Assembly: GCA_016705545.1 (NCBI GenBank)
Contig: JADIYA010000020.1
Span: forward strand, 15,413-79,412
DNA length: 64,000 nucleotides
Direction: 5' to 3'
Source of the DNA: Flavobacteriales bacterium
Lineage (GTDB): Bacteria > Bacteroidota > Bacteroidia > Flavobacteriales_F > PHOS-HE28
A program made the position numbers and the translations under genes. Positions 48,941 through 58,380 of the stretch are shown in pieces; position 1 is the stretch's first letter, and each line of letters starts with the position of its first letter. The notes beneath the pieces are model-generated. The model had not been told where the DNA came from and did no database searches. It saw nothing but the letters and a program-made list of their open reading frames with translations.

Positions 48941-50047
48941 TCAACGAGCCGGTTGATAGCGCGTGGTAGATGGCTGGAACGTTCGCCAGCTATGCCAGAA
49001 TTCCTGGTATGCCCGAATGTGCTCTGGCGTAATGCCCGCATGGCGATCGGCCTCGCGAATCACTTCGAAGGAGGCATTGTCCGCTTTCAGATTAATGAAG
49101 ATGGTGTCGTTGGCCAGGGTATCGCTGACCGTGCGCAAGGCCAGCAGATCGTTCCAATCGTATGCACGCGCAGCGCCCTTGTGCAGCACGCCCAAGACCC
49201 AGCTCTTCCGTTGCCAACTTGCTGTGTCGCGCTGTTCCAGCGTCGAAGTGATCGTCCCATCATCAAACCCCTCCAGTCCCTGATACTTCGCGAGAAAGTG
49301 CGGGTCGGGTTGGAGCACCTTTCCAGAAGGATGGCGACGCGCGAATTCACCAAGAGACATTTGCGACGAAGGCAACTCCACCAAACGGCCTCCTTTCAAA
49401 GGACCAGCGATGCATTCCCCGCTGACCTGCCGCCACCAGCTCTTCGTCCTGGAATCCTCGAACATGGCGTTGAAGTGGTCCATGCCCACCAAGCGGAACC
49501 GGTCCGCCTCACCTTCGATTACGGGCGAGAACGCCCGACCGGTGCGGCAAACCGTGCAGTAAGTGATGAGCACGGGCTCATGAGCGATGGTGTCTGAGAC
49601 TTGATGGTGGTACCCGATGATGCTGACCGGAAATGCCCGGGCATCACCTTGGCGCTCAACCACCAGCACCAACGCATCGGATGCGCCATCAATCGGCGAT
49701 ACCGGTCGTAGCACCTTTTCCGTGAGCTCGAGGAACATCTTGTCCGCCATGAAGCGGAAATTGAATGCATAGGCCACCGCCACGCTGAGCAAGAGAGCGA
49801 GCGCAACGGTGATGCGTTTCCCCCACCCATCGAATCGCAGGTAATGCACAGTTGGCCCGGCTATCAATGCCAGGCCGATCATGCGCAGCCACCAGATGTG
49901 ATTGTGCAGCCAGTACGCGATCTCCACTTGCCTGGCATCACCGGGAACATCCTGCTGACTGCCCGGAAACGGCATGATGAAGTAGACGCGCAGGAACTCA
50001 GGAACCACCAGAAGCAGAATGCCGGTGAGGAATAGCTGTGGCCGCAT
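48941..50047 (-). CDS. DUF3179 domain-containing membrane protein
   Basis: N-terminal TM helices, then ...ARAFPVSIIGYHHQVSDTIAHEPVLITYCTVCRTGRAFSP...FRLVGMDHFNAMFEDSRTKSWWRQVSGECIAGPLKG. An alternative start lies at 50083. Confidence 0.75.
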   Translation of the reverse strand: MRPQLFLTGILLLVVPEFLRVYFIMPFPGSQQDVPGDARQVEIAYWLHNHIWWLRMIGLALIAGPTVHYLRFDGWGKRITVALALLLSVAVAYAFNFRFMADKMFLELTEKVLRPVSPIDGASDALVLVVERQGDARAFPVSIIGYHHQVSDTIAHEPVLITYCTVCRTGRAFSPVIEGEADRFRLVGMDHFNAMFEDSRTKSWWRQVSGECIAGPLKGGRLVELPSSQMSLGEFARRHPSGKVLQPDPHFLAKYQGLEGFDDGTITSTLEQRDTASWQRKSWVLGVLHKGAARAYDWNDLLALRTVSDTLANDTIFINLKADNASFEVIREADRHAGITPEHIRAYQEFWHSWRTFQPSTTRYQPAR

Positions 50048-50109
50048 GGCCTGTGAAGTTATCGAACTTCGCCAGCGCATCAATCAGCCACTGGGCGGAT
50101 TCACCTTCC

Positions 50110-50463
50110 ATGAAGTTCTACTACCTCGGCACCTGCTCCACCTGTGAGCGCATCATGAAGGATATCCCGAACCTCAAGCGTTTCACGCTACGCGAGATCA
50201 AAGGTGATCCCATCACGGCGAAGGAACTCGACGAGATGAAGAAGCTCGCGGGCAGCTACGAGGCGCTCTTCAGCCGCATCGCGCTCAAGTTCCGTGCGCT
50301 CGGGTTGAATAAGATGGCGCTCACCGAGAAGGACTACCGCAAGTGGATCCTGGAGGAATACACCTTCCTGAAGCGGCCGGTCATGATCATCGATAAGGAG
50401 ATCTTCATCGGCAATGCGCCGAAGGTGACGGCCGCGATGGCGGAGGCAAGCCGTAGGCATTGA
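50110..50463 (+). CDS. ArsC/Spx/MgsR-family protein (arsenate-reductase-like), intact copy
   Basis: MKFYYLGTCSTCERIMKDI...ITAKELDEMKKLAGSYEALFSRIALKFRALGL...LKRPVMIIDKEIFIGNAPK. Confidence 0.8.
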   Translation: MKFYYLGTCSTCERIMKDIPNLKRFTLREIKGDPITAKELDEMKKLAGSYEALFSRIALKFRALGLNKMALTEKDYRKWILEEYTFLKRPVMIIDKEIFIGNAPKVTAAMAEASRRH

Positions 50464-50548
50464 TCCCCCAACAGGCTTGTGGCAGATGTCAATATGCGCG
50501 TGTGCTGGCTTGGGTTCCAAGACACGGGCGCCGTGCCAAACCAGTCGC

Positions 50549-52261
50549 CTAGGCTCCTTCCTCTTTGGTCTTTTTCCGGAATAGCCCGCCGAACCAGTCC
50601 TTGAAATACCCGATGATGACCGCAATGCCGCCGAGGATCCCTCCAATGGCCGCGATATGGTCCTGCAGCCATTTGATCGGGTCGAATGGCTCGGTGACGG
50701 TGACCTCGAAGGTCAGGGTGTTGGTAGGGTTGATGGTCCACCTGCCGGTGCTGCAGTCCAGCGTGTAGGAGTTCACCTCAAGCGTGGTGCGGTCGTCCTT
50801 CAGCTTCGAGGGCGTCTTCTCAGCTGTGATGGACCAGGTGAACACCAAGGTGTCGGAGCTGCGGATGGACTGGTCAGGATTGATGCCGGTGATCTTGAAG
50901 CACTCGTCCGGCGAGGACAGCAGCAGGCGGAGCGAGTCGTTCACATACACCAAGCCATTCAGGCTCGCCCCTTTTTCTTCCAAGCCTTGTTGGGAATTCG
51001 GCGCTCCTGTGTACACGCCGGGATCCACCTTCACCTTCATCACGTCCACATCGCCCACGTTCCATTCCGGTCGGGGTTTCGCGCTGGCCAGCACGTGCAG
51101 GTTGCTGCAGCGATTCGCCTGGGAATCGGATTTGATCAGCGGCATGGTTTGCTTGGCCTTGTACCCATGGCATAGGCAGTTGGCGTCGTACTTGTCCTCC
51201 ACCGTGGTCGGATCTCCATCGTCGCAGCGGGTGCCTTGTTTGGCGGTGCCGCCGGGCACGCCCAGGCAATCCTCCTCCAAGGAGGTCCCCATGCATTTGC
51301 AGTTGACCGCCCAAACGTCGTTCACGGTCTGCGGATCGCCATCGTCGCAAGGCTCGCCCTGCACGTCAGGCCCGCCGGGGACTCCCTTGCAATCGGGCTT
51401 CTGCACACCGCCGGTGCATTCGCAACGGCGGTTGTATTTCTCCCCGATGGTCTCCGGGTCGCCATCCTCGCACGGTGCGCCAGGCGTGCACTGCTCAGGA
51501 ATACCACGGCAGGTGCAGTCCGCGAGCAGCTTGTCCTTCTTCGTTTGCGGGTCGCCATCATCGCAGGGCTCACCAGGTGCACAGGGCGGGTCCGGATTCG
51601 GCGGCGGCGCCTGCTCCTCGGCCAATTCCCATTTGGGCGGCACGGAGCCATCGTTGGGCACCGATGCCGTTCGGCTGAAGGTTCGCCCGCCGATCCGATA
51701 GGTGAGCGTATACGCATGGCCGGGCTCCACATGAACCAGCCCGTAGCCCTTGGTCATCGGTCGGGTCGATTTGACGAATGCACCATCACTTGTGGTCACG
51801 GTGAACACGGGTTCGCCATCGGTGGAAGCATTGACGCCTTTGGCCTGCGCCAGCAGGGGCAATTTGCCCTTGGGCCCATCCTTCATCTTGGGCACCTTGT
51901 CGAACTGGATTTCCTTGATGATGGGCCGGAGTGGCGAAACGCGGTCCGCCACCACCGGCGAGTGAACATGCTTCACTACACCCGCTAATTGGTATTCCAC
52001 TTCATAGGAGACACCGGTCTTCAGCCTGGCCATGGCGAGGTAATACGCGCCTCCTGGTTTGGAAACGTTGGCCTTCTGCGTGGATCCGTCATCGCCCCTC
52101 ACCGTGACCACCAGCTCCTTGCCGGACTCCACCGGATAGCCGGTGCAGATGTAGGTGACCTGATCCGTCTGCGCGGAGACATGACCAGCGGCCATCAAGG
52201 CTCCGAAGGCCCAGAGCAGCCTTCCGAAAACGACGGGCCTGACGCGGTTTCCTGACAACAT
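50549..52261 (-). CDS. type-I membrane protein with four Cys-rich PCDDGDPxT repeats (hypothetical)
   Basis: ATG at 52261 gives signal peptide MLSGNRVRPVVFGRLLWAFGALMAAGHVSAQ. Repeats: CAPGEPCDDGDPQTKKDKLLADCTCRG, CTPGAPCEDGDPETIGEKYNRRCECTG, GEPCDDGDPQTVNDVWAVNCKCMG, GTRCDDGDPTTVEDKYDANCLCHG. C-terminal TM IAAIGGILGGIAVIIGYF followed by a basic tail. Confidence 0.65.
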   Translation of the reverse strand: MLSGNRVRPVVFGRLLWAFGALMAAGHVSAQTDQVTYICTGYPVESGKELVVTVRGDDGSTQKANVSKPGGAYYLAMARLKTGVSYEVEYQLAGVVKHVHSPVVADRVSPLRPIIKEIQFDKVPKMKDGPKGKLPLLAQAKGVNASTDGEPVFTVTTSDGAFVKSTRPMTKGYGLVHVEPGHAYTLTYRIGGRTFSRTASVPNDGSVPPKWELAEEQAPPPNPDPPCAPGEPCDDGDPQTKKDKLLADCTCRGIPEQCTPGAPCEDGDPETIGEKYNRRCECTGGVQKPDCKGVPGGPDVQGEPCDDGDPQTVNDVWAVNCKCMGTSLEEDCLGVPGGTAKQGTRCDDGDPTTVEDKYDANCLCHGYKAKQTMPLIKSDSQANRCSNLHVLASAKPRPEWNVGDVDVMKVKVDPGVYTGAPNSQQGLEEKGASLNGLVYVNDSLRLLLSSPDECFKITGINPDQSIRSSDTLVFTWSITAEKTPSKLKDDRTTLEVNSYTLDCSTGRWTINPTNTLTFEVTVTEPFDPIKWLQDHIAAIGGILGGIAVIIGYFKDWFGGLFRKKTKEEGA

Positions 52262-52476
52262 AGCGAAGGTGAGGTAAGGCCCGAAAGTATCGTGTTCAGG
52301 CACATGGCCTAAGAGCCCGTCCGGTTTCCTGTACCGCCACCCCCATCAGGGCCGTAAGGCGGCTTGCCGAAGGAACCGTACCGTGACCTTGAAGCTAGGA
52401 TTGAATCAGCGGCTCCAGCAGGGGGAGCCCGCAACAGATCCAGCTCGATAAGAAGCTGCGAAAGCCCACCGTTGCG

Positions 52477-52821
52477 ATGGAGGAACGCATCAAGCCTGAA
52501 AGCGCTTACTTACATCAATTCATGCTGAGGAAAGTCTCCTGTAGTACTGCGGGAGGTGATCCCATCAGCGCCAAGAAGCTCGACTGCTTGAAGAAGCTCG
52601 CGGGCGGATACCAGGCGCTCTTCTACCGCGTGGCCCTCAAGCACCGAGCGCTCGGGTTGAACACGATGACTCTAATGGAGCAAGATCACCACTAGTGCAT
52701 CCTCCGGGAATACACCTGCGCGTAGCACCCGGTGAGAATCGCGAGCAATGAGTTACTCATCAGCAATGCGCCGAAGGTGACGACCACCCTGCTCGAGGCC
52801 GCGCGGGCGCCTGATGAATGA
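52477..52821 (+). pseudogene. decayed full-length paralogue of the ArsC/Spx-family gene (copy B)
   Basis: ...GDPISAKKLDCLKKLAGGYQALFYRVALKHRALGLNTMTLMEQDHH*CILREYTCA*HPVRIASNELLISNAPKVTTTLLEAARAP is collinear with the intact copy but has two in-frame stops and lacks the CxxC-type N-terminus. Confidence 0.65.
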
Positions 52822-52848
52822 GGCTCAAGTATCGTTGGTGCCATGAAG

Positions 52849-52886
52849 CCCGAAGCCCGCGCTGGATCACCAGCGCGGGCTTCGGG
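52849..52886. terminator. strong hairpin between pseudogene copy B and the convergent T9SS gene
   Basis: CCCGAAGCCCGCGCTGG-ATCA-CCAGCGCGGGCTTCGGG: perfect 17-bp stem, with no clear U tract on either strand. Confidence 0.55.
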
Positions 52887-52900
52887 AATGCAATCGCCGC

Positions 52901-54226
52901 TCAGCGCTGCACCACCAGCTTGGCCTGGCGCAGGTTCGTGACATCGGCCACGCTCAGCGTGTAGATGCCGGCTGGCAATGCATGCACCATGAGCACGCCG
53001 TTCATCAGATTGCCTTGCAGCACGGTACGGCCCATCGCATCACAGACCGCATAAGCGGCGCGCGCATCATCGGCGGCCACGCGCACCATTTCGTTGGCCG
53101 GGTTGGGGCCGATGGCCACTGCTGAACGGACCGCTTCACCGATGCCCGTCACCACCTCCACATCGGCCACGAAGCGCGGCAGGATGCGCCATTCGCTGAA
53201 GGCGTACTGCAGCACTCCGGTGATGTCGTAGAACTGTCCCACCACGAAGGGATAGGCGTAGATGACGTCATCCACCAGCACGGTGCCGCTGCCGTCGTCA
53301 ACGGTGAACTGCCCGAAGGCCCCGGACACCGTGCAGTTCGCGGCTTCCACTTTCACGAGCACGCTCTCGTAGGGCTCCGTGTTGCCATCGAGGGTGCTGA
53401 TCACGGTGGCCGTGAGCGCATTGCCGCTGGTGAGCGTCACCATGTTCAGCACTGAAGCGAGCTGTGTCTGCCCGTTGAATTCCGTTACCGTTCCCGATAC
53501 CGACACGGAATCGCCGATGGCCAGCGCGCCCGGGGTGCCGAACACGAAGAGGCCGGACCAAGGGCCTGTGCCATCCTGAAGATAGAAGCCATTGCCGAGC
53601 AAAGCACTCACAACGCCCTGCGTGAGAACGGTGATGCCGCTCATTGGTGATGCTCCATCGGGAGCCGTTGTCTCTTGGATCTCGACAATGGTCGCTGGCG
53701 TAGGGGCAACGATCGCCAAGGCAGTGATCGTCACATCATCCACCACCAAGTGCTCGGGCGCAACGGTGCTCTGCACGCTCAGGATGAATTCGGCATTGCC
53801 TGCATCAACAGCGGCAACCACGTTGAGTGCCACTTCCTGCCAGGTGTTCCCGGTTGATGTGGTGTAAGCGGTATACGACGCATAGCCGCTGCCGGTGGGC
53901 CGGCCATCGTACAATCCAAGGCGGATCTGGCCTTCGCCGCGCACCCAGAAGCGCACCTCGTACTCCTGGTTGGCGGTCACAGAGAGCACTTGCGTCGTGA
54001 AACGCTGGTGGCCGGTGCCTTCCTTGATCAGCTGCACGGCGCTGTTGCCGCCATGCACATTGGTGCTCACTTGCACCACGTCGGTTTGAATGATGTTGCT
54101 CTTGCTGCCGTACCAATCGGTGGGCAGGCCAGCCGCCCAATCCTCGAAGCCGCTGGTGAAGATCACCTGGCCGTGCGATGCGAAGGAGAACAGCGCTGTG
54201 AACGCGAGTAGGGTAATGTGTCTCAT
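52901..54226 (-). CDS. secreted protein with CBM-like N-terminal domain, OB-fold-like domain and T9SS C-terminal sorting domain
   Basis: MRHITLLAFTALFSFASHGQ; GFYLQDGTGPWSGLFVFG...GDSVSVSGTVTEFNGQTQL; CTD AIGPNPANEMVRV...LPAGIYTLSV...AKLVVQR. Confidence 0.75.
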   Translation of the reverse strand: MRHITLLAFTALFSFASHGQVIFTSGFEDWAAGLPTDWYGSKSNIIQTDVVQVSTNVHGGNSAVQLIKEGTGHQRFTTQVLSVTANQEYEVRFWVRGEGQIRLGLYDGRPTGSGYASYTAYTTSTGNTWQEVALNVVAAVDAGNAEFILSVQSTVAPEHLVVDDVTITALAIVAPTPATIVEIQETTAPDGASPMSGITVLTQGVVSALLGNGFYLQDGTGPWSGLFVFGTPGALAIGDSVSVSGTVTEFNGQTQLASVLNMVTLTSGNALTATVISTLDGNTEPYESVLVKVEAANCTVSGAFGQFTVDDGSGTVLVDDVIYAYPFVVGQFYDITGVLQYAFSEWRILPRFVADVEVVTGIGEAVRSAVAIGPNPANEMVRVAADDARAAYAVCDAMGRTVLQGNLMNGVLMVHALPAGIYTLSVADVTNLRQAKLVVQR

Positions 54227-54260
54227 GATCTGAAGGGTTAAGGGTGCGTTGGGGGAACGA

Positions 54261-55538
54261 TCACTGGATCGCTACGTCGTCGATGCGGAAGTTGGTGGTC
54301 TGGCCTCCCGTTCCACTGCCGGTGTAGCGGAAGCCGACCACGAAAGGCCCAGAGAAGCCACCGGGCAAAACCGTGCTCAGGTCGATGGGGCCGCTATCGA
54401 CCCATACCTGATCAGCCGTGGAGGTGTTGGCGTATGGGAAGCCGGTCACCGGTGTCCAATTGGCGGTCGAGAGGTTGAGGCCCGTGTAGTTAGTGCTCAC
54501 GAAAAGCGCGAAGGGGTCGTGCGTGGCAACGCCGAATCCGCGCTGGCTGCGGAAGCTCAATACCATGCCTGGCTGAAAATTCACAGGTGCGGATACCAGC
54601 CACGAAACATCGCTGGCGTTGCTGCTCCCGAAGGCCGTGGCTTGCACCGCCATGTTGCCGCTTACGCTGTAGCCACGCCAGAACCGGCTTCCCACCTGCG
54701 CTTGGTTGTACCAGCAGTCCGTGGCGAAGTCAACATTGGTCACCGCAGCGGCGAAATCCTGCGAGAGGTTCGCGGCGGGAGCGCACGGCACCGGACATGG
54801 CGCGCAACGGGCTCCGGTCATCAGGACCTCGCTCACATTGCGGATGAAGAGCTGCATCTCGTCATTGAACTGGCCTACCACGGCGATGATGCTCCCGTTG
54901 CCGCTGGGCAACTGCTGCCCAGCGAAGTTGGCATAACCACTGTTGCGCACCAGCACTGTTCCGGAGCAATCCGTGAGGGTGCGGTTCAGGGTCTCCTGAC
55001 CGGCAGCATCCGCGTAGGTTAGGCCGTTGCAAGCCTCGCTTACGATGAACTCAACGCCTTCGATCTTCACCAGGCGGGCTTGCATCGCCGGCGTGATCTG
55101 CGCAATGGTGACGAGCTCGGGCTGCTTCTGAACCCCAGCGGCTTGCTTCACCACATTGTTGTCAACGTCCACATTATCCAGCTGGAGCAGGCCGTTGTAG
55201 GCCCCGAGGATGGTGCCCGGCAGGTAGATGCGGATGCTGTCGCCCTGATAAAGGCCGCCGCTATTGATCAGTCGCAGCACGATGGCGCCGGTATGGTCCT
55301 GCACATACACGTTCTTGTACAGGTTACCGCTCTCTTCATCGGCTGTCACCACGGCGTACACGCTGCTATCGCCGGTGAAGGTGTGCGATACGCCGGTGAA
55401 CATGGCGCGCAGCTGGGCCACGGTCATCACCTGCCCCACGGGCAAGGTGCGCTGGGGCGGTGAGTCGAGTTCCTTCTCGCAGCCCGCGAGGATCAGGAGC
55501 GCGGCAGCGGAAAGAGCGAGGGAGATGTTGCGGATCAT
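54261..55538 (-). CDS. DUF5689-like lipoprotein with C-terminal choice-of-anchor-J-like domain
   Basis: Lipobox LILAGCEK; NVYVQDHTGAIVLRL...GDSIRIYLPGTILGAYNGLLQLDNVDV; C-terminus ...FRYTGSGTGGQTTNFRIDDVAIQ. It lies directly downstream of a TonB-dependent receptor, the usual context. Confidence 0.7.
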   Translation of the reverse strand: MIRNISLALSAAALLILAGCEKELDSPPQRTLPVGQVMTVAQLRAMFTGVSHTFTGDSSVYAVVTADEESGNLYKNVYVQDHTGAIVLRLINSGGLYQGDSIRIYLPGTILGAYNGLLQLDNVDVDNNVVKQAAGVQKQPELVTIAQITPAMQARLVKIEGVEFIVSEACNGLTYADAAGQETLNRTLTDCSGTVLVRNSGYANFAGQQLPSGNGSIIAVVGQFNDEMQLFIRNVSEVLMTGARCAPCPVPCAPAANLSQDFAAAVTNVDFATDCWYNQAQVGSRFWRGYSVSGNMAVQATAFGSSNASDVSWLVSAPVNFQPGMVLSFRSQRGFGVATHDPFALFVSTNYTGLNLSTANWTPVTGFPYANTSTADQVWVDSGPIDLSTVLPGGFSGPFVVGFRYTGSGTGGQTTNFRIDDVAIQ

Positions 55539-55562
55539 CGGGTGATGCGGTTGTGCGTTGGG

Positions 55563-58121
55563 TCAGAAGCTGAAGGTGAGCATGGCGAAGTAGTTCCGGC
55601 CGAAGAGGTAGCTGTACTTCGGCGGGAAGCGGTCAGGATCCATGCGGTCGTAGCGGAGCTGCTCGAAGCCGCCCACACGGAAATCGCGGTTGTTGAGCAC
55701 GTTGCTCACGCTCACATTCACCGCCAGACGGTACTTGCGCTTGAGCATCCAGCTCTTGCCAGCGAAGAGGTCAACGGTGAACTGGTCATCCAGGCGCGTC
55801 TGGTTCAAGAGGCCGTCCCATTGCGGATCGCTGGTCACCAGGTTCTCCAGCGCCTCTTGCGTGCGGCGATCGGGGTTGGGGTCGAGGTAGATGTGGCGGA
55901 AATGGTTGGCGCTGGCACCGGCGAACCAGAACTTCGGCGAATTGTAGCGCAGCCCGAGCGACGATGCGCTCTGCGGCATGCCGCCCACGCGGTAGCCCTT
56001 CCAATACACGGTCCGGTCCTGCGCGAATACTTCATCACTGTTATTGCGTGTCACGGTAGCCGTCGGGCGCGAATCGTAGCGGTAATCGCCACCGGCATGC
56101 ACGGCAGTGAGTTGCCAGGTGCTGGTGAGGTTGGCCTCAACACCGAGCTCGATGCCCTGATGCACCTGATCCACGCCGGTCATGGTGTAGTTCACGATGG
56201 TGAGGAACTCGTCGTGGTAATAGCTCCGGTTCCAGACCTGGTCCGCGATGCGCGAGTAGTAAAGCGTGGCGCGGCCTTTTACGCGTGGGGCCTTCAGCAC
56301 GTAGCTCACATCAGCACCGCTGGCGCGTTCCTGCGTCAAGCCGCTCACCACGGCATCGCGCACCCTCGGGGAGAGATAGGCCACGCTGCCGGCCGGCGGA
56401 CGCACGATATACGCGAGGTTGGCGGTCACGAAGTGGCGCCCGGTGATCTTGCCGATCAAGCCGCCCTTCAGGCCATAGCCAAGGAAGCCCTGCTTCTCCG
56501 ATTCACCGAACGAATTGTCCGGGAAGCGACCATTGCGCAGGTTGCCTTCACGCCAAAAGCTTGTTTGCGAGATGTTGGCACCGAGGTAGGCCTCCACGCG
56601 CGTCCACTTGCGCTCCCATTGGCCGAAGAGGTCCGCCACGCGCGTATGGATGTTGTAGTCGTGGCCGAACACATCACCCTCGCGCACGAGCTTGTTGGTG
56701 GTGGTCAGGTCGTTCTGCGAGATCAGCGTGTCGTTGAAGTCGCGGTCGGCGAACTGGTCGATGTCGAGCCAGAAGTCGCCGCCCAAAAGATCGTCCATCA
56801 CCCGGAAGTAGTGCGTTTTCTGCTGGTGGAAGCTCGCGCCGATGGTCACGTGCGTGCGGTCGCTCAGGGCCTTGTCCCAAACGCTGTTCAGGCCGAAGCG
56901 CGTGGGGTCCTGCCGCACCTCCTCCACCACGTACTTGCTGCGATTCCCCGTGACGGTGTTCCCTGTGATGCCATTCGCGTTCTCCACCTGATAGATGTTC
57001 TTCCGGTTGGCGAACCAGAACTGATCCCAGTTGAGCTGCCGCGTGTTCACGTCGTTCTGCCAGGCATTCGTCTGAGGGCCGAACTGCTCTGCATCCTGGA
57101 ACCGGAAATAGCTGGGCAGGTAGCGGTAATAGTCCGGGCGGGGGTCCTTGGCATCGAACCAGTTCAGGCCGGTGAGGCCATCACGGCCGAAGGTGTAATA
57201 GGCCGAAGTGGTGAGGCGTGTGGCCGGGCTCACTTGCATGCGATGGGTGAGCAGGATCATCGGCTTGTGATCGCGGCTCATCTTGGCATTGCGCTTCTGG
57301 CCGGCTTGATAGCCCCAGTTCGGATTGTACCAAGGATTATCCGTGAGATCGTAAGCTTCTTGCACTGCCAAGGCTTGCCTGCCTTGCGTGATGGCGGCAC
57401 CGAAAGCGCTCAGGCTGATCGAGTGGTTGGCGTTGATGCGCTTCTCGGCCCCGAGGTAGTATGAATAAGCGTCGAAGGAGGTGCCCTCCACATATCCTTC
57501 TTCGGCCCACCGCCGCGAACCGCTCACAGCGAATGACCAGCCCTTGGGGTTCATGCCAGTGGCGTAGGTGAACATGGCGCGATTGCGATAAGCGCGGTTG
57601 GCGCTGGCATACGAAGCCCGGACGCCCTTCCGCAAAGCGCTTGGGCGGATGTCCATGTCGGTGGTTCCGCCGAGGCTTCCGAACACCAAACGGCTCGGGC
57701 CGGTTCCGGTGCGCACCTGCATCCAGCGGGTCACATCATTCAAGCCTGCCCAATTGCTCCAAACGGCCCAGCCCGTCTCCAAATCGTTCACCCGCACCCC
57801 GTTGATGGTGACGACGGTGTTCTCGCCATCGTAGCCGCGGATGCGGAAGCGTGCCTGGCCGAAGTTGAATCCCGCCACCGCCGTGAATGGGTCGCGCGAC
57901 GATTGCAGGATCCCGCTGATGTCCTGATTGCCCAGCTCGCCATCGAGGTCGTCGGTGGTAAGGGTAAAGACCGGCAGCTGCGGGCGATTGGCGGCCGAGG
58001 TGTCCGGCGGCGCTGGATTCACCAGCGTGTCAATCTGCGCTTCCAGCCCGAAAGCGAACGCACTTGCAAGCAGGACAAGTAGGGTGCGGCTGGCGGGTGA
58101 ATGATGGCGGAGTGGTGTCAT
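55563..58121 (-). CDS. TonB-dependent outer-membrane receptor
   Basis: ATG at 58121 gives MTPLRHHSPASRTLLVLLASAFAFGLEAQ. Plug RIRGYDGENTVVTINGVRVNDLETG. Long barrel ending ...GRNYFAMLTFSF. Confidence 0.88.
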   Translation of the reverse strand: MTPLRHHSPASRTLLVLLASAFAFGLEAQIDTLVNPAPPDTSAANRPQLPVFTLTTDDLDGELGNQDISGILQSSRDPFTAVAGFNFGQARFRIRGYDGENTVVTINGVRVNDLETGWAVWSNWAGLNDVTRWMQVRTGTGPSRLVFGSLGGTTDMDIRPSALRKGVRASYASANRAYRNRAMFTYATGMNPKGWSFAVSGSRRWAEEGYVEGTSFDAYSYYLGAEKRINANHSISLSAFGAAITQGRQALAVQEAYDLTDNPWYNPNWGYQAGQKRNAKMSRDHKPMILLTHRMQVSPATRLTTSAYYTFGRDGLTGLNWFDAKDPRPDYYRYLPSYFRFQDAEQFGPQTNAWQNDVNTRQLNWDQFWFANRKNIYQVENANGITGNTVTGNRSKYVVEEVRQDPTRFGLNSVWDKALSDRTHVTIGASFHQQKTHYFRVMDDLLGGDFWLDIDQFADRDFNDTLISQNDLTTTNKLVREGDVFGHDYNIHTRVADLFGQWERKWTRVEAYLGANISQTSFWREGNLRNGRFPDNSFGESEKQGFLGYGLKGGLIGKITGRHFVTANLAYIVRPPAGSVAYLSPRVRDAVVSGLTQERASGADVSYVLKAPRVKGRATLYYSRIADQVWNRSYYHDEFLTIVNYTMTGVDQVHQGIELGVEANLTSTWQLTAVHAGGDYRYDSRPTATVTRNNSDEVFAQDRTVYWKGYRVGGMPQSASSLGLRYNSPKFWFAGASANHFRHIYLDPNPDRRTQEALENLVTSDPQWDGLLNQTRLDDQFTVDLFAGKSWMLKRKYRLAVNVSVSNVLNNRDFRVGGFEQLRYDRMDPDRFPPKYSYLFGRNYFAMLTFSF

Positions 58122-58380
58122 GAGGGCGAAGGGGGCGCCGGTGGTCGGTGAATCCGCGTCAGTCCTGAGGCAGGGCACTTTCACGCGGGCGGCAAAAGTA
58201 GCCGCGCACCGGTTGATTGATCAGGCATGAATGGGTTAATTCCATGAGGTGAACAGTTCATGTGGGATTCACGTAACAGCGGCCTTCCTGATGTTGCCTT
58301 AACCACCTGAAGGATAATGGGTTTGATTATCTTCGACGCCCTTTCGACAAGGCCCTGCCCAGATGCAAGGGCGAACTGAA

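Noticed and set aside
58122-58362. Looked for a riboswitch (cobalamin or TPP) in the 5' leader of the TonB-dependent receptor.
   Set aside because: On the minus strand there are loose resemblances (CAGGAAG..GTGAATCC..ACTGT), but no B12 box (GCCACTG), no convincing paired architecture and no TPP motif. The downstream genes (DUF5689, T9SS protein) are not cofactor-related.
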